NCBI GenBank assembly: GCA_054600435.1
Contig: BAAIJX010000003.1
Span: forward strand, 310,001 to 374,000
Direction: 5' to 3'
Origin: Neophaeotheca triangularis
Lineage: Eukaryota
DNA length: 64,000 nucleotides
Under the pieces are notes generated by a model, which was not told the DNA's origin, ran no database searches, and saw only the letters and a program-made list of their open reading frames with translations. Every line of letters starts with the position of its first letter. Within the stretch, counting starts at the first letter, position 1. Below, piece by piece: positions 36,455-49,043 of this stretch. Position numbers and translations under genes: made by a program.

Positions 36455-36504
36455 AGAAAAGTCCGGCTCAGAAGCTAGCGCAAAGCTTCGGGCTGGACTT
36501 TTCT
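36455..36504 (+). other. 21-bp stem-loop in the PrpD-HAS1 intergenic region
   Basis: AGAAAAGTCCGGCTC-A-GAAGCT pairs with AGCTTC-GGGCTGGACTTTTCT, with 2 G:U pairs on the + strand, one bulged A and a 7-nt loop. A smaller hairpin lies at 36417-36440. Confidence 0.6.
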
Positions 36505-36600
36505 TCCTACATCCATAACCAAATCGACCAAAGCACCCACTTACTATCGTTTTCTCACTTAGACCTCGTTATGTTGGCGCAGAAGTAGAAGCGGATACCG

Positions 36601-38884
36601 ATGTCGCATGAGTACAAAGCTACTGTTATAAACTTCTTCATCCACGACTCGACCCGGCGCAAGCGCAAGTTCAACAACAGGAAGCCCCAGCCGGCTTTTA
36701 TGTCAGGCGGTATACCGACGCTGGACCTGCAAAAGAAGCACGAGGTTATAGACGCGAAGCGCGAAAAGGTCAAAGCAAATATGTCTAAGAAGGAAGAGCG
36801 CAAGGCGGCCAAGGCAAAGGGCAACACTGTCGCTGAGGAGCAACCCGTGGCGAAGACGAATGGAGTTACGCCTACAGCGCAGGCCTCGGTGGACGGTGAA
36901 TTTTCCGGAAAGAAAGCCGAGAAGAAGCGAAAGCGTGAGGCCAAGGAGATTGTAGAGCAGCCGCGGGATAATGCTGCGAAAACGACTGGCAACGGGGAGC
37001 CTTCTGTGAAAGAGGAGGAGCGGGCGAGCAAGAAGGCTAAGAAGGAGGCTAAGAAACAAAAGACAGAAGCAAAGGAAGTTTCCACACAAGAAGCCCACGA
37101 TGAGGAGGTTGGTGCTGAAGAGAAGGTGAATGAGAATTTGAAAGATGCAGCTCTCGAGACCGAAGCTGCTGGAGTGCAAGACGATTTTGAGGGCTTTGAC
37201 GAGGAGGACGAAGAGGATGTCGACGATGCTGCCGAGAACGAGGCAGAAGCACAGAAAGAGGACGAAAAGGAGAAGGATGTTAAACCTGCCATGAACGGCG
37301 ACGCTGGCGAAACTTCAGATTTGCCATCCAATCTAGGGGTATCACTGCCCGGGGTTTCTGAAGAGCCGAAGAAGTTTACGGAACTGAACCTGTCCGACAA
37401 GACGATGAAGGCCATCGACGCGATGAAGTTTGAGAACATGACTGAGATCCAGCAAAGAGGTATTCCTCCACTTCTGGCAGGTAGAGATGTGCTCGGTGCT
37501 GCGAAGACAGGATCCGGCAAGACCCTCGCTTTCTTGATTCCCGCAATCGAGATGCTGCACTCGCTTCGGTTCAAGCCTAGGAACGGCACGGGTGTGATTG
37601 TAGTCTCTCCCACGAGAGAGCTTGCCCTGCAAATCTTTGGTGTAGCGCGCGATCTTATGGAGAACCACTCGCAAACATTCGGTATCGTCATTGGAGGTGC
37701 GAACAGAAGAGCAGAGGCAGAGAAGTTGGCAAAGGGTGTGAACTTACTCATCGCTACTCCCGGACGACTCCTCGACCATCTTCAGAACACGCAAGGGTTC
37801 GTCTTCAAAAACGTCAAAGCACTTGTCATCGATGAAGCCGATCGTATTCTCGAAGTCGGTTTCGAAGATGAAATGCGCCAAGTTGTCAAGATCCTTCCCA
37901 AAACCGAACGCCAAACAATGCTTTTCTCCGCCACCCAGACCACCAAAGTAGAAGACCTTGCTCGTATCTCGCTACGTCCCGGCCCTCTCTACATCAACGT
38001 CGACCACCAGCAAGAACACTCCACTGTCGCCGGGCTCGAACAAGGCTACGTAGTCTGCGACTCCGATATGCGCTTCCGCCTCCTCTTCACCTTTTTGAAG
38101 AAGTTCTCAAAGAAGAAGGTCATCGTCTTCTTCAGCAGCTGCAACTGCGTCAAATATTACTCCGAACTACTCAACTACATCGACCTTCCCGTGCTCGACC
38201 TACATGGCAAGCAGAAGCAGCAAAAACGCACCAACACCTTCTTCGAGTTCTGCAACGCCAAGCAGGGCACCCTCATCTGCACAGATGTCGCAGCACGAGG
38301 TCTTGACATCCCCGCCGTCGACTGGATCGTGCAATTCGACCCGCCAGACGACCCCCGAGACTACATCCACCGAGTCGGACGCACGGCCAGAGGCGCCACT
38401 GGTAAGGGCAAGAGCTTAATGTTCTTGCAACCAAGCGAAGTCGGCTTCCTTTCCCACCTCAAAGAAGCCAGAGTCCCGCTAGTCGAGTTTGATCTCCCGC
38501 AAAAGAAGATCCTAGATATCCAAAGCCAGCTGGAAATGCTTATTGGCAAGAACTACTACCTGAACAAAGTAAGCACACTCCCACGCTCTTTCATTCCCTG
38601 ACACCCGTACAATCACTAACCACCTCCCTCTCCAGTCCGCCAAAGACGGCTACCGCGCTTATCTCCAAGCCTACGCTTCGCACTCGCTCCGCAGCGTCTT
38701 CAACGTGAACGAACTGGATCTGGTCAAGGTCGCCAAGAGTTTTGGTTTCCAGACGCCGCCGAGAGTGGATATCAATTTGGGCGCGAGCATGAAGAGGCCT
38801 GAGGGTAGGAGGACGTATGGAAGTCAGCCTAAGCAGGGCGGTGGACGTGGGCATGCAGGGCACTCGGGGAAGTTCAGGGGTTAG
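36601..38884 (+). CDS. HAS1: ATP-dependent DEAD-box RNA helicase HAS1/DDX18 (ribosome biogenesis)
   Basis: Exons 36601(or 36700)-38568 and 38636-38884. Q-motif [44 protein letters not shown] and [11 protein letters not shown]1-typical [30 protein letters not shown] and [10 protein letters not shown]. The start codon is uncertain. Confidence 0.95.
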
Positions 38885-39870
38885 AGTGGAGATACTTTTC
38901 TTTCTGGGCTCAGCGATGGCGTTTTCTTTCTTCGATTTTCACACATACTGCTTGAATGTGGGGGTGTTGGACGGACTGTACAGATTGTAGCATGTAATGC
39001 TAGCTTGTCCGCCGTCCCTTCTCTCATACGGCTGGTTCCACCATGACTTTCATTCCCGGTTGCCGAGCAGTCTTCCGTTACTGCTTCTAAGTACAAAGTC
39101 CAGCAATACCGCCCCATCTCGCAGTCCAGCAGCGCCATTCGTCTATCGCCAACGCTTCCGGCCCCCTAGTTCATGCGACAGGCTCAGCGTCCAAATATCT
39201 CTCGAACCGTTCATTTTTTTAACGAGTCTCTCGATCTTGCAGAAACTAAGCAAGCACAAGCCTCGACTCTCGAGTAAAGCAACATCAGCAGCCCTTCAGC
39301 TCTCCGCGTGAAAGCCCCTCCTTTCACGGTTCGCAGTCCCCGATGCCGGGCCAAGAGGGACGGCGGGCAAATATCGAAGACCAGAGTACATTCGATTTCG
39401 ACCGCTACTCGAAACTGCCAAAACCGGTTGGTATGGGAGGCGGCCATCGCCGCCCAAGACTGTCGAGATGAGGGCTTGCCAGGCCAGTGCTATTGGGGAT
39501 CGCAGTCCTTTCGTTGCTTCTCAATAGTTCAAGAGATGCTTGACTGTCTTGCTCTGAGCCAGTCATACAGATAAGGGTTGTGAGGGATCTGCAATAGTAG
39601 TGGCTGCGATGGTCTTCTTCGCACTAAAGACATCACAGACGATGCTTGGACTTCCGCGCAGGCCGTCATTTGATGCGAACCGCGCGACTTTCTGGAGACC
39701 ATACGGCTTAGTCAGTCGTGCCGGATGCTAGTTCCTCGTAGCATGGTTCATTGGCGAGGTGGACGGTGCGCCGCAGTGTAAGTGCAGACTTTGATCCCGA
39801 CGGAGCAGACAATGTGACCCAGCAGCACCGACGCGCTGTTCCATCGGTCGCATTATTGGCCACGAAGCCC

Positions 39871-41559
39871 TCACCTCTTAACCGCCCCGATCTTCCCAGC
39901 CTTGCGAATCCCCACAACAACCAACACCAGCCCAAAACCCGACAACCCAACACTGAACCAATTCGCCGCCCTCAAGCCGTCCAAGAACTTCGCGTCGCCT
40001 TCGACATCCAACTGCCCTCCATCCCCCGGGCCTCCGTGCACGGCGACCTGCACGGCCGTCGCGACGGCCAGACCCACCGCCCTGCCGACTTGCCCGGTAG
40101 CGTTCACCAACGCACCACCCATGGCTTGGTCCTCCCTGGGCAGCGTCAAGGCGGTAAAAAGCATGAGCGCGGGGAACAGAGTATCGCTAGCGAAAACGGA
40201 GAGGCACATGGCCGGGAAGCCGTAAGCCCAGTAGAGCGTGTCGGGCGGTATGGGGACGGCGAACAGCAGCGAGGAGAGGATGCTGCAGACCATGCCGAAG
40301 ACGAGGATGTACTGCAGCTCGATGCGCGCGAGCAGGTGGGCGATTACTATGACTGTGAGGACGCCGGCGCCGCCTGTGGGCAGGAAGCGGAGGGTTGTTT
40401 GGATCGGCGACAGGGCGAGGTAGTCTTGGTAGTAGTAGGTTGCGAAGACGAGGAAGTTGTTGAAGCTGGTGAAGAAGAGGGCGGTGACTAGCATGGCGGT
40501 TGAGATGCGCAGGTTGCGGAAGATGGAGATTTTGATTAGCGGGCGGCGGTGTTTGGTTGCGAAGGTTTTTTCGAGGTGGTGTTGCCAGTAGACGAAGATG
40601 GCGAGGAGGACGACGGAGAGGATGATTAGGACGATTATCCAAGGCGTGCGCCAGCCCACTACGTTGCCTTGAGTTAGTGCGAAGAGGAGGATGAGCAGAG
40701 CCACTGTGATGAGCGTGCCCCCGGTCCAGTCGACGGCGTTCTTAACGTTATCCTCTGAGAGCTGGACAGGGGGTATGGGTATGACGAACTGCCCAGCGAC
40801 AGCGATGATGAAAGAGATGGAAGCCAGAACCCAGAAAATGGCCTCCCACCTCGCATATTGACTCAAAAGACCACCCATGATATTCCCGAAAACGCCTCCC
40901 AAGGGCGCTCCAGCACTATATGTAGCAAAAGCGACATTCTTGGCCTTGCCGTTTTTGAAACAAGTAGAAATCAAACCTATAGCACAAGGCACGTTGGCTG
41001 CAGCCCCAAGGCCCTGCAAACCTCGAAAGAGATCAAAGCCAATCTCATTCGGGATAAAAGGGCAAACGAGCGTGACCAGACAAACCCAAGCGCTGCCCCA
41101 AATGAAAATCAACCGCTTGCCATAGACATCCGCCAGCCGGCCCCAGAGCAAGAGAAAGCACCCGAAAGTCAGCGAGTAAGCCGAGACGATCCATTGCTGA
41201 CGAGCGGGAGGAATGTCCAAAGCCTCACCAATCGTGGGGAGAACGATGACCGCGGCCTGGATGGACGCCGTGTTCAGGAAACCTGCGCCGAGGAGGGTGC
41301 TCACGAGAGCTATGGCTCTGGCTTTGGAGAGGTCCGGGTAGCCGTCGGTGTGAGGGTCTGTTTCGTCGTCGTCGTCGTCGTCGTCATTGTCGTCGGCGGC
41401 TTCGTTGGCGGGGTCTTCGTTGATGAAAGGCTTGTTGGTGTTGCTCTTGGATTCCACCTCAGCAGAGTTTCCATTGTTGTTGTCGTCTTTCGGCCCATCG
41501 TGGGTGTACTTGTGCAGGACGTGGGATTCCACGCCCGAACTCGAGATTGTCTCCGCCAT
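39871..41559 (-). CDS. MFS drug:H+ antiporter, 14-TMS DHA2 (ATR1-like), 562 aa, intronless
   Basis: WIVSAYSLTFGCFLLLWGRLADVYGKR, FRGLQGLGAAA and VDWTG, with many TM segments. First ATG at 41557-41559. Confidence 0.93.
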   Translation of the reverse strand: MAETISSSGVESHVLHKYTHDGPKDDNNNGNSAEVESKSNTNKPFINEDPANEAADDNDDDDDDDETDPHTDGYPDLSKARAIALVSTLLGAGFLNTASIQAAVIVLPTIGEALDIPPARQQWIVSAYSLTFGCFLLLWGRLADVYGKRLIFIWGSAWVCLVTLVCPFIPNEIGFDLFRGLQGLGAAANVPCAIGLISTCFKNGKAKNVAFATYSAGAPLGGVFGNIMGGLLSQYARWEAIFWVLASISFIIAVAGQFVIPIPPVQLSEDNVKNAVDWTGGTLITVALLILLFALTQGNVVGWRTPWIIVLIILSVVLLAIFVYWQHHLEKTFATKHRRPLIKISIFRNLRISTAMLVTALFFTSFNNFLVFATYYYQDYLALSPIQTTLRFLPTGGAGVLTVIVIAHLLARIELQYILVFGMVCSILSSLLFAVPIPPDTLYWAYGFPAMCLSVFASDTLFPALMLFTALTLPREDQAMGGALVNATGQVGRAVGLAVATAVQVAVHGGPGDGGQLDVEGDAKFLDGLRAANWFSVGLSGFGLVLVVVGIRKAGKIGAVKR

Positions 41560-42382
41560 GCTGGGATGCAACTGGACTCATCTAGCTGACATCTGACCAG
41601 AGGAATCGTCGGTAGAATGAGCGACAGCGCTGGAGTACCTGCCCCGCGAGCTTAATAGAGTCCAAAGGGACTTTGAGCATTACAGGCTACATGTTGCTAG
41701 AGGGAGGGGTGATGGACGGAAGAATTGAGTCGGTAGCGAAATGCGGGAAAACCGACCGGGATATCTACTACCGAGTCCGGCGGCTCTTAACATGGGGGAT
41801 GATTCCATGCTTGACATCCATGAGATGAGACTCCTTTTGCATTTGAAAGCGTGGGTTACTGTGGCGTCTATCATGTGTGGATAGTTTTCAACGTTGTAAT
41901 TACCAAGTCGAGATCAATCAAGTTCCGAGGTGTTTAGGTAAAGGCGTCTATGGAGGTTATTACATAGTGATCTGAACGTTTCACCGGTAATATGGAGAAG
42001 AATTCGGTAGACGAGTGAACGGTTTAGTCGTGAAAATCAGAGCAGAGGGAGCTAGGCTGGAGAAGGAGGTAGGGGGAAACTGGAGCCTTTCTGGTGGAGA
42101 TTATCTTAATCATCATGAGGAGCGTTTGGTATATTCTGTGCATCTATGGATGTCACAGAATGCAGGCAAAGCAGATTGCAGCAGAGATCAACGTTTCACG
42201 CTCAAATGGACGTCGTAGCTGTCAGCAACCTTACAAAATTTATCTATTCATTAGCCTGACAACTCCCCTAGCCCGAAATGTCCATCTATATCAAACGCCA
42301 GCCTATTATACCTGACCCACCCATCCAGCAACTTTTCCCAACCCATCTCGCGCCAAAAACCCTTCACCCCCAAAAGAGATGA

Positions 42383-45300
42383 TTACAGCCCCCAACTACC
42401 ACCGCCCTTCCCCGCCCCATCCTCCTCCATATCAAAAACCAAGTCATCAAAGCTAAAGTCCTCCGCCTCACTCCCTTGCACCTGCCTTCCAGGCGCAGAA
42501 ACCACCGCATCCTTCCCCACAGCCTCAAAATCAAAATCGAACAACCCACCGCCAGAGGCCGGGGCGGCCGTACCCGCCATCTCCGCGCCCGTGGAAGCGG
42601 CGATGAGCTCATCGAGCTCTTGCAGCATGCGCTGGTCTACTGCGCCGTCGTGGTTGTTGTTGGGGTCGAGGTTCCAAAGACTGGCGTCGTTCATATCTGC
42701 GGTTCCTTCCAAGGGGAACGGGAGGTTTGTTGTCGTGGAGGGGAGGTCGAAAGATGGTACAGGGGGTTGGGGGTTAAAGTGGAAGGCTTCGTTATTATGG
42801 TAAGCTACTGTCGGGGTTGCGGAAGAATGGTCGGCCATTGTTGAGGTTGCGATGGAGGCGGGCACTTCGCCGCTTTCCTGCCAGGCTGGAGTAATGGATG
42901 CGAACTCTTGCGCGCGGTTGAACGGGAGTTCAAAACGGTGGTATGGAAGGTAGGCGTTGTCTCGCGTCTCTGCGCCGTGGTGATGCTGAACTTCCTGCAT
43001 AAAGGACATGTCGTTATAAGCTTGGGCTTGGGCTGCTTGAGAAGCGTCGCTACCTCCAGCTGTAGTCTTTGTAGCTTTGGGTCCGCCGAGGATACCGGCG
43101 TTCGCTAGGTTGCCGTTCGCTCTACCCAGGAGTTTTGCCTTATCCAAGGGCAGCTCGTAAGTGCACCACCGTCTATGGGGGTTGGCGTCTTGTCCTCTGG
43201 ACGGGTCTAGGGTATTCAAGTCCACGACATTGAGACTGCACTCTGGATGTGCGCAAGCTGCGCTGCTCTCGTGTAGAAGATTGGCGTCGGCCAGCTGACG
43301 GTAAAACGTCTGCGCGACATGCCTGGTTCGATCCACACCTGACACGTCCGCGTCGTTTGTCTCTGGCATGTGTTCGAGACAGTGGCTCCTTTGTTGCTGC
43401 TCCTTATTGTACGCCTGTAATTGAACAACAAAAGGTATGCGAAGGCCAAGATCACCGTACCATTCGAGGTCGTCGGGAACCTGAAGCCCTCGCCCGCCGA
43501 CTTGGGAAGGGATCATATCGAGACCGTGAGCCTAGGAAAGTTAGCATACCCCTAGCAATTTGCAACAACACACGACGTACCTTCTTGAAGAGATCCAGCC
43601 ATTCGCGATTGTCCGCAGCTGTTTGGTTCCAGGGGTCGTCCGAGTCGAACAACAACAACCTCGCCTGCCTTTGCAGCATCTCATCTGTCATGACAACACC
43701 CTTTGAAGCCATTTCATTTGCATACTTGCCAAGTCTGACCGTCAATATCTCCCAGCAAGTGCTGTTGTTACCCCTTGAAGCGTCTTCGGCAATCTTCTGC
43801 CGCTGCGATGGAGTCAAAGCGTTGTTGATACTCTCGCCCTGTCCAGCCACCAGATTAACGTGGTTCAGCGCCACATGAGAGGATTTGGTAGCACTGAAAG
43901 GATCAGGACTCATGCTTTCCATGCCGATCAGGTACGGGGGCATAGCGTTCGTGACCTGAGCAGCAACTGCAGGGTCGAGCCCTCTGCAGCCTCGCCACTC
44001 TGACATCCGAGCACCAGCTTTGAAATGAATAGCCAAATGATCGCAACGTTCGTGCCATTGGGTGAAACGTTGAGCGCAGAAGCCGCAGCGAGAGTTGATT
44101 TCTGAAGCGACCGACTTCCAAGCCTCCATCGAAGGACTCATCTCACAGCCATGCATCAGACGCAAATGCTGTCGCAGATGGTCTTTTCGGAAGAAGATGC
44201 GAGACTCGGCGCCCTTGTCTTCGCATTGGCGGTGATTGTGCGATTCCAGATGCTCCTGCGAAGGGTTCTCGACGTTACAGTACACGCACTTGATCACACC
44301 AGTTCGAGGGTCAGCAATCTTTGGCCCTAAAGGGCAGCATCGCCACGTCTCTAGAGAAAGGTGAAGACTCTTCTCGTGTCTCGTCCAGTCATACTTGGAT
44401 CTGAAAGAGTCGCAACAGAAGGTGCACTGAAACATTCGCTTTTTGTTGTCGCTCGGATTTCGCAGTTGTGTGGCGGCTTGTCGACGACGGCGTCGGTGGC
44501 TCTTTTTGCCGGCAAGTGAAGAGCCAAAGGAGCTGAAGGATCCATGAGAAGACCCATGGGAGTTGGCGCCAGAGGATATGCCAGAGATGGAGTTGCTGGA
44601 AGCTTCGATCGAAGTGGTGGACGGCGCTCGGGGTCCAGAAAAGCCAGAGCTTGACCCTTTCTGCTTGCTGTAACTCGATGGTGAGGCTGGCTCGTAGCTT
44701 CCATCAAACTCGCTGTGCGCCAGAGCGTTGGCGATATCTGTTATAGCAGCAGGCTCATTGGTAGGAGGACTGTGCTTCCATCTTTCAAAAGGGTTGAGCT
44801 CTTCCCACGGCTTGTCTGCGCGAGGAACGGCGATTGCTGGTGTGGTCGGCTTGAGACTGGGAGACATGGCAACCTTTGGCCGGTTCTTGTTGGCGACTTT
44901 ACGCCGCCTACGAGCGTTAGCCAGCCAGTTGGCGATCTGGGTAGGCGTAAGCTCTGTTTGTCTTTCGAGCTCGGCCTTTTCCTCTTCGGTCGGGTATGGA
45001 TGGTCTTGGTGCAGGTCTAGCCAGTCTTTGAGAGTTTTGATGGCAGCGCGAGGAAAGCGAATACCATTGCGCTTGGAGCTGCCAGGAGCATCATCCTGTC
45101 CTACAGGCGTTGTCGTTCCTGGTCCTCGGGTTTTGGATCGCAGCTGCTTGAGGCCGGTAAAGGTCCCCCATTCTCTGCAAGTATCCTCATCTACCGGATG
45201 TAACGTATCAAGGTACTCCCCGAGGGGTTTGTCGGCGTAGTTACTGGCTTCGAGAGTGTTTGAGTTGGTAAGACTGCATTCTCGGAAGAGCGAACGGCAA

Positions 45301-45692
45301 GGAGCGCAGCTACTCTCGCCGGTGCCGAGATAGCACTGGAGTCGCTTGAAGCGGCAATAATCGCAAGGCTTCTCTGGTCTCGCAAAACGAGGGATCCATT
45401 GCTCAAAGGCGGCGTAGTTTGGTTCTGGAACGTTGCCGGTCGACGTTGCTGGTTGTGGGGCGGGGGCATCTGGGTAATCCAAGTCGGTCATGAAACCATA
45501 GCATAGACAATCGCCGCCGGGATGGGATGGACAGACGGGCTGAGACTGATCAGCTATCGAGGCAGGCGGTACCTCGTTGGACTCTCCAAACTCTATCTCT
45601 GGCAGAGCCAAGAGATGTGAGAAGTCTGGCTGGCGATTGTTGTTGGCCTCGTCCATGATCAGGTCCTCGCCTTCTTCTGCTATGGTGGGCAT
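42383..45692 (-). CDS. Transcription factor with a Zn2Cys6-like cluster, a TALE-type homeodomain and C2H2 zinc fingers, 1086 aa
   Basis: Exons 45692-43581 and 43531-42383 (FKK|AHGLD). CDYCRFKRLQC...CAPCRSLFRECS; HPYPTEEEK...QIANWLANARRR; FQCTFCCDSFRSKYDWTRHEKSLH; FFRKDHLRQHLRLMH; CGFC...RCDHLAIHF. Confidence 0.92.
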
Positions 45693-47625
45693 TGTTCCTC
45701 AGGCGGCAGCAGAAAAAGTCAAAGAGGGACGGGAGCAGGAATGACAAGTTGTAGAGAGGCGCGGATGTCAATGGAGAAACGAAAGGGCGCAGGCGCGGCG
45801 CCTTTGAAGCCTTCATGTAGGAGGTACTGACAGCTGCGCCGAGTCATACCACAGATACGGTTGACACGGGCAGTGAGAAGTACATGGTAGGGCGTGAGGG
45901 CGCTAGTTAGCGCAAAGTGGGTGCTTACCTGTAGTACTTGTACTGGACCAGGACCATTCCTACCTACCTTACTGTATGTACCGTACCGTACCTTAAGTTA
46001 CCAGTTATCCGAAATAATTCTACTGTATGTTTTGTTACCTTTATTTACTTGCCGTCCTGCAACCAGTAGGTAGTATTAATATTATTGTCAACTATGAGCA
46101 GCATTCCATAAAAACTGCTCGTTGCACACTCACACTGTAGGTACAACAGCACAACGTTGGCCCCCACAGAACGAACCCCAATACATCCATACCGCCGCTC
46201 CGGTCTCGGCTTGATCGGACACCATTGCTGCACGTTAGGCGAGTTTTCGATGAGACCTAATGAGTGGAAACGACCTTTTACTACTCAACCACTGTTTTAA
46301 AAAAAGAAAACTCTGGTCAGCGCTATCAAATAAGAACAAAAAGACAACACATGCAACAGTCATGTTGTTTCTGCCGGGCGCCCCTGCCTTCGTATCACCG
46401 GCATCAACATGGGCTCTCGCAAACACAACATTGACATACTGGCAAATGGCAGCATCATCTACCACTCTCACCGCAGTGCACGTATGCGCCGGCACTTTTG
46501 TTCAAATTCACCTTTGACGTGACCTCAAATCCAGGCTCGAGTAATCTTCACATCCAAAACCAAAGCTGGGCCCCTAATAAGACTCTATAATTCACTAACT
46601 ACCTAGAGGTTGACGAATGCTTCGACCGGAAGACAAGCAAGGGCTCAGCAGTGTACACGCTCGGGGGAAGGAAGACATGTCTCGACGCAGATCCTGATCG
46701 AAGCTACAATTGTAACAGTCTTTACCCGTGACAAGTCCAGGCTTCTTGGCTCCTGGCACCGTCAGCATCTTTGATACATGGCAGACATGTGAAGTTATAC
46801 AAGGCTGCTACACTGCACGATGGAGAGATAGAGCAAGCTGCTGACACTCATCCAGTAATGTAATGACCGCGAGGGTATCATTTTGTGCTCTCACCCGACG
46901 CCTATTGAGGTGAGCAAGCTCGCTGGATGTCGCAGTAGGAGTCTGTGGTTCTTGCCTCAATCATATTCCATTTCCAGGAGTTGAGGGCTCGGACAAAAGC
47001 CACCTGAGAGGGAACTACATTGACCTACTTTGGGGGGGAGGGGGGCTGAAGTGGTGTGTCGGTCACGATTGGTGCAAGATGCCCTGAAGGCTGCGTCGCT
47101 CTCGAGCGTCGGAAAGCGTGTGCTCTTGCAGCACCTGGTGCAATACCACCACCTCTCCATTTCTACTGGCCTGCTTAGCCGTCGTTACAGCTCATTTTCG
47201 CTTCTTGTTGACATGTTGGCACTCGGGGGCTGTCCATAGACAGTTCCGACATCGGCAAGGTGTCTCGGAGCATTCGGTCAAACAGTTCGGCCGACCTGCT
47301 CAACCAATGGAATTCACCTGGACCGTTCGCTAGGTAATCCCCGGATCGTGACTTGACCGAGGGGCAAGATGCGGGGCAGAGATACATATACATAGTGGAG
47401 GTATACAGGCCGTCTTGTAAGTTTGATCTTCAGAGGCAAATGGTCAGTAGAGACAACATATGCTAGATCCTCAATCTTTCTTCGCCACTCACAAGTCATC
47501 ATCCTCTTCTTCTTCTGCTTCTTCTTCTTCTTCTTCTTACTCTGCTTCTTACTGCTACTGTGCCCATCTCAAGTAATCCTTATCAGTTCACTTCAAACGC
47601 TACAGCCACCACCACCATCATCATC

Positions 47626-48656
47626 ATGGCACCACACGCAGACAACGGCACGAATGCCCAAGCCAGCAACGGAAAAACCGAAACCGCGGGCGCTGCACCT
47701 CTCGAGCCTGGAGTCAAGAAGACCATCGCCCAAGGCAAAATGGCTGCGTTTCCTACGTAAGAAGATGCTCAGACAGAAATACCTCATCCTCCCCACGCCC
47801 TCCCCACTAACCTCCACCCCAGCGCGCCAACTTTCGACGACAAGTACGCCGAACGCGACTACCTCAAAGGCCGTCTCGCCGCCGCCTTCCGCATCTTCGG
47901 CAAATACGGCTTCGACGAAGGCGTAGCGGGCCACATTACGCTCCGCGACCCCGTCGACCCCGAAAGTTTCTGGGTCAACCCCTTCGGCCGCGCCTTCAGC
48001 CTGATGAACAAAAGCGACCTCATCCTCGTCGACCACTCGGGCAAAGTCATCGACGGCGGCGAGAACCGGCTCCTCAACACAGCGGCTTTCATGATCCACT
48101 CCGCCATCCACGCCGCTCGGCCGGATGTCATCGCCGCTTGCCACTCGCATTCGATTTACGGCCGGACTTTTTGCGCGCTGGGCCGGAAGCTGGAGACGTT
48201 GACGCAGGACTCGTGCGCTTTTCATGATGATCATGTGTTGTATGAGAGTTTTAATGGTGTCGTTTTGGCCGAGAAGGAGGGCAAGGATATCGCCGCGTGT
48301 CTTGGGGATAAGAAGGCGGCGTTGTTGCAGAATCATGGCTTGTTGACCGTGGGGAAGTCGGTGGAAGAGGTGAGTTTTTTTTTTCTTACTACATCGGGGT
48401 ATAGCTGTTGATGAGATGTCGTGCTAACGAGGCTGTGTAGGCGGTGTTTTGGTTCATTTCCATGGAGAAGTGCTGTCATTCCCAGCTCATGGCCGAGGCT
48501 GCTGCTGGCTCCCGGGGAGAGAAGCCAGTGGCGATTGGTGATGAGGAGGCGGCGTACACTAAGCGCACGGTGGGATCTTCCATGGCTGGCTGGTTCAGCG
48601 CAAAGCCATTGTTTGACTTGAACCATAAAGAGACGAACGGCGATTACTTGCAGTAA
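47626..48656 (+). CDS. Class II aldolase/adducin family protein (mug14-like), 297 aa
   Basis: Exons 47626-47756, 47823-48369 and 48441-48656. RLAAAFRIFG...DEGVAGHITLRDP, IHSAIHAARPD, metal-binding HSHS and LQNHG. Confidence 0.93.
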
Positions 48657-49043
48657 CGACAGTATGATATATTAACTCCCTGCTTCTTATCACGACTCGC
48701 GGTCCTCGATGGCAGCATCCATTCACACACCTCGCCAATAGCCGCAGCCCCCAACACCGCCCCTGGACCCTACCTCAGAGCTCCCTAGCCCCTTGAAAGT
48801 CACCGAGACATGATGCTCGTCGCAAGACGACCACTTTCCCCATCGTGACAGCGAAGAGCTTCAGTCAAAAGTTCAAAGTCAACACCAAACAACCCTCTTC
48901 GGCCAAGACAGCGTCCACAACCATGATCTCACGAACTACATACGCAAAACTCAGCCCCTCTTCCCTCCCAACAACCACCTGCACACCTCACCTCCTCGCT
49001 CCCTCCTCCCTTCCCAACCAGCTCACCCCCTCCGAGAGTAACC

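Noticed and set aside
36417..36514. H/ACA snoRNA reading of the tandem hairpins (ACA at 36509-36511)
   Set aside because: No ANANNA hinge box and no internal pseudouridylation pockets.
34917..41559. Itaconate-like cluster (PrpD-family gene plus MFS)
   Set aside because: The genes are separated by housekeeping HAS1, and there is no mitochondrial carrier or adjacent Zn2Cys6 regulator.
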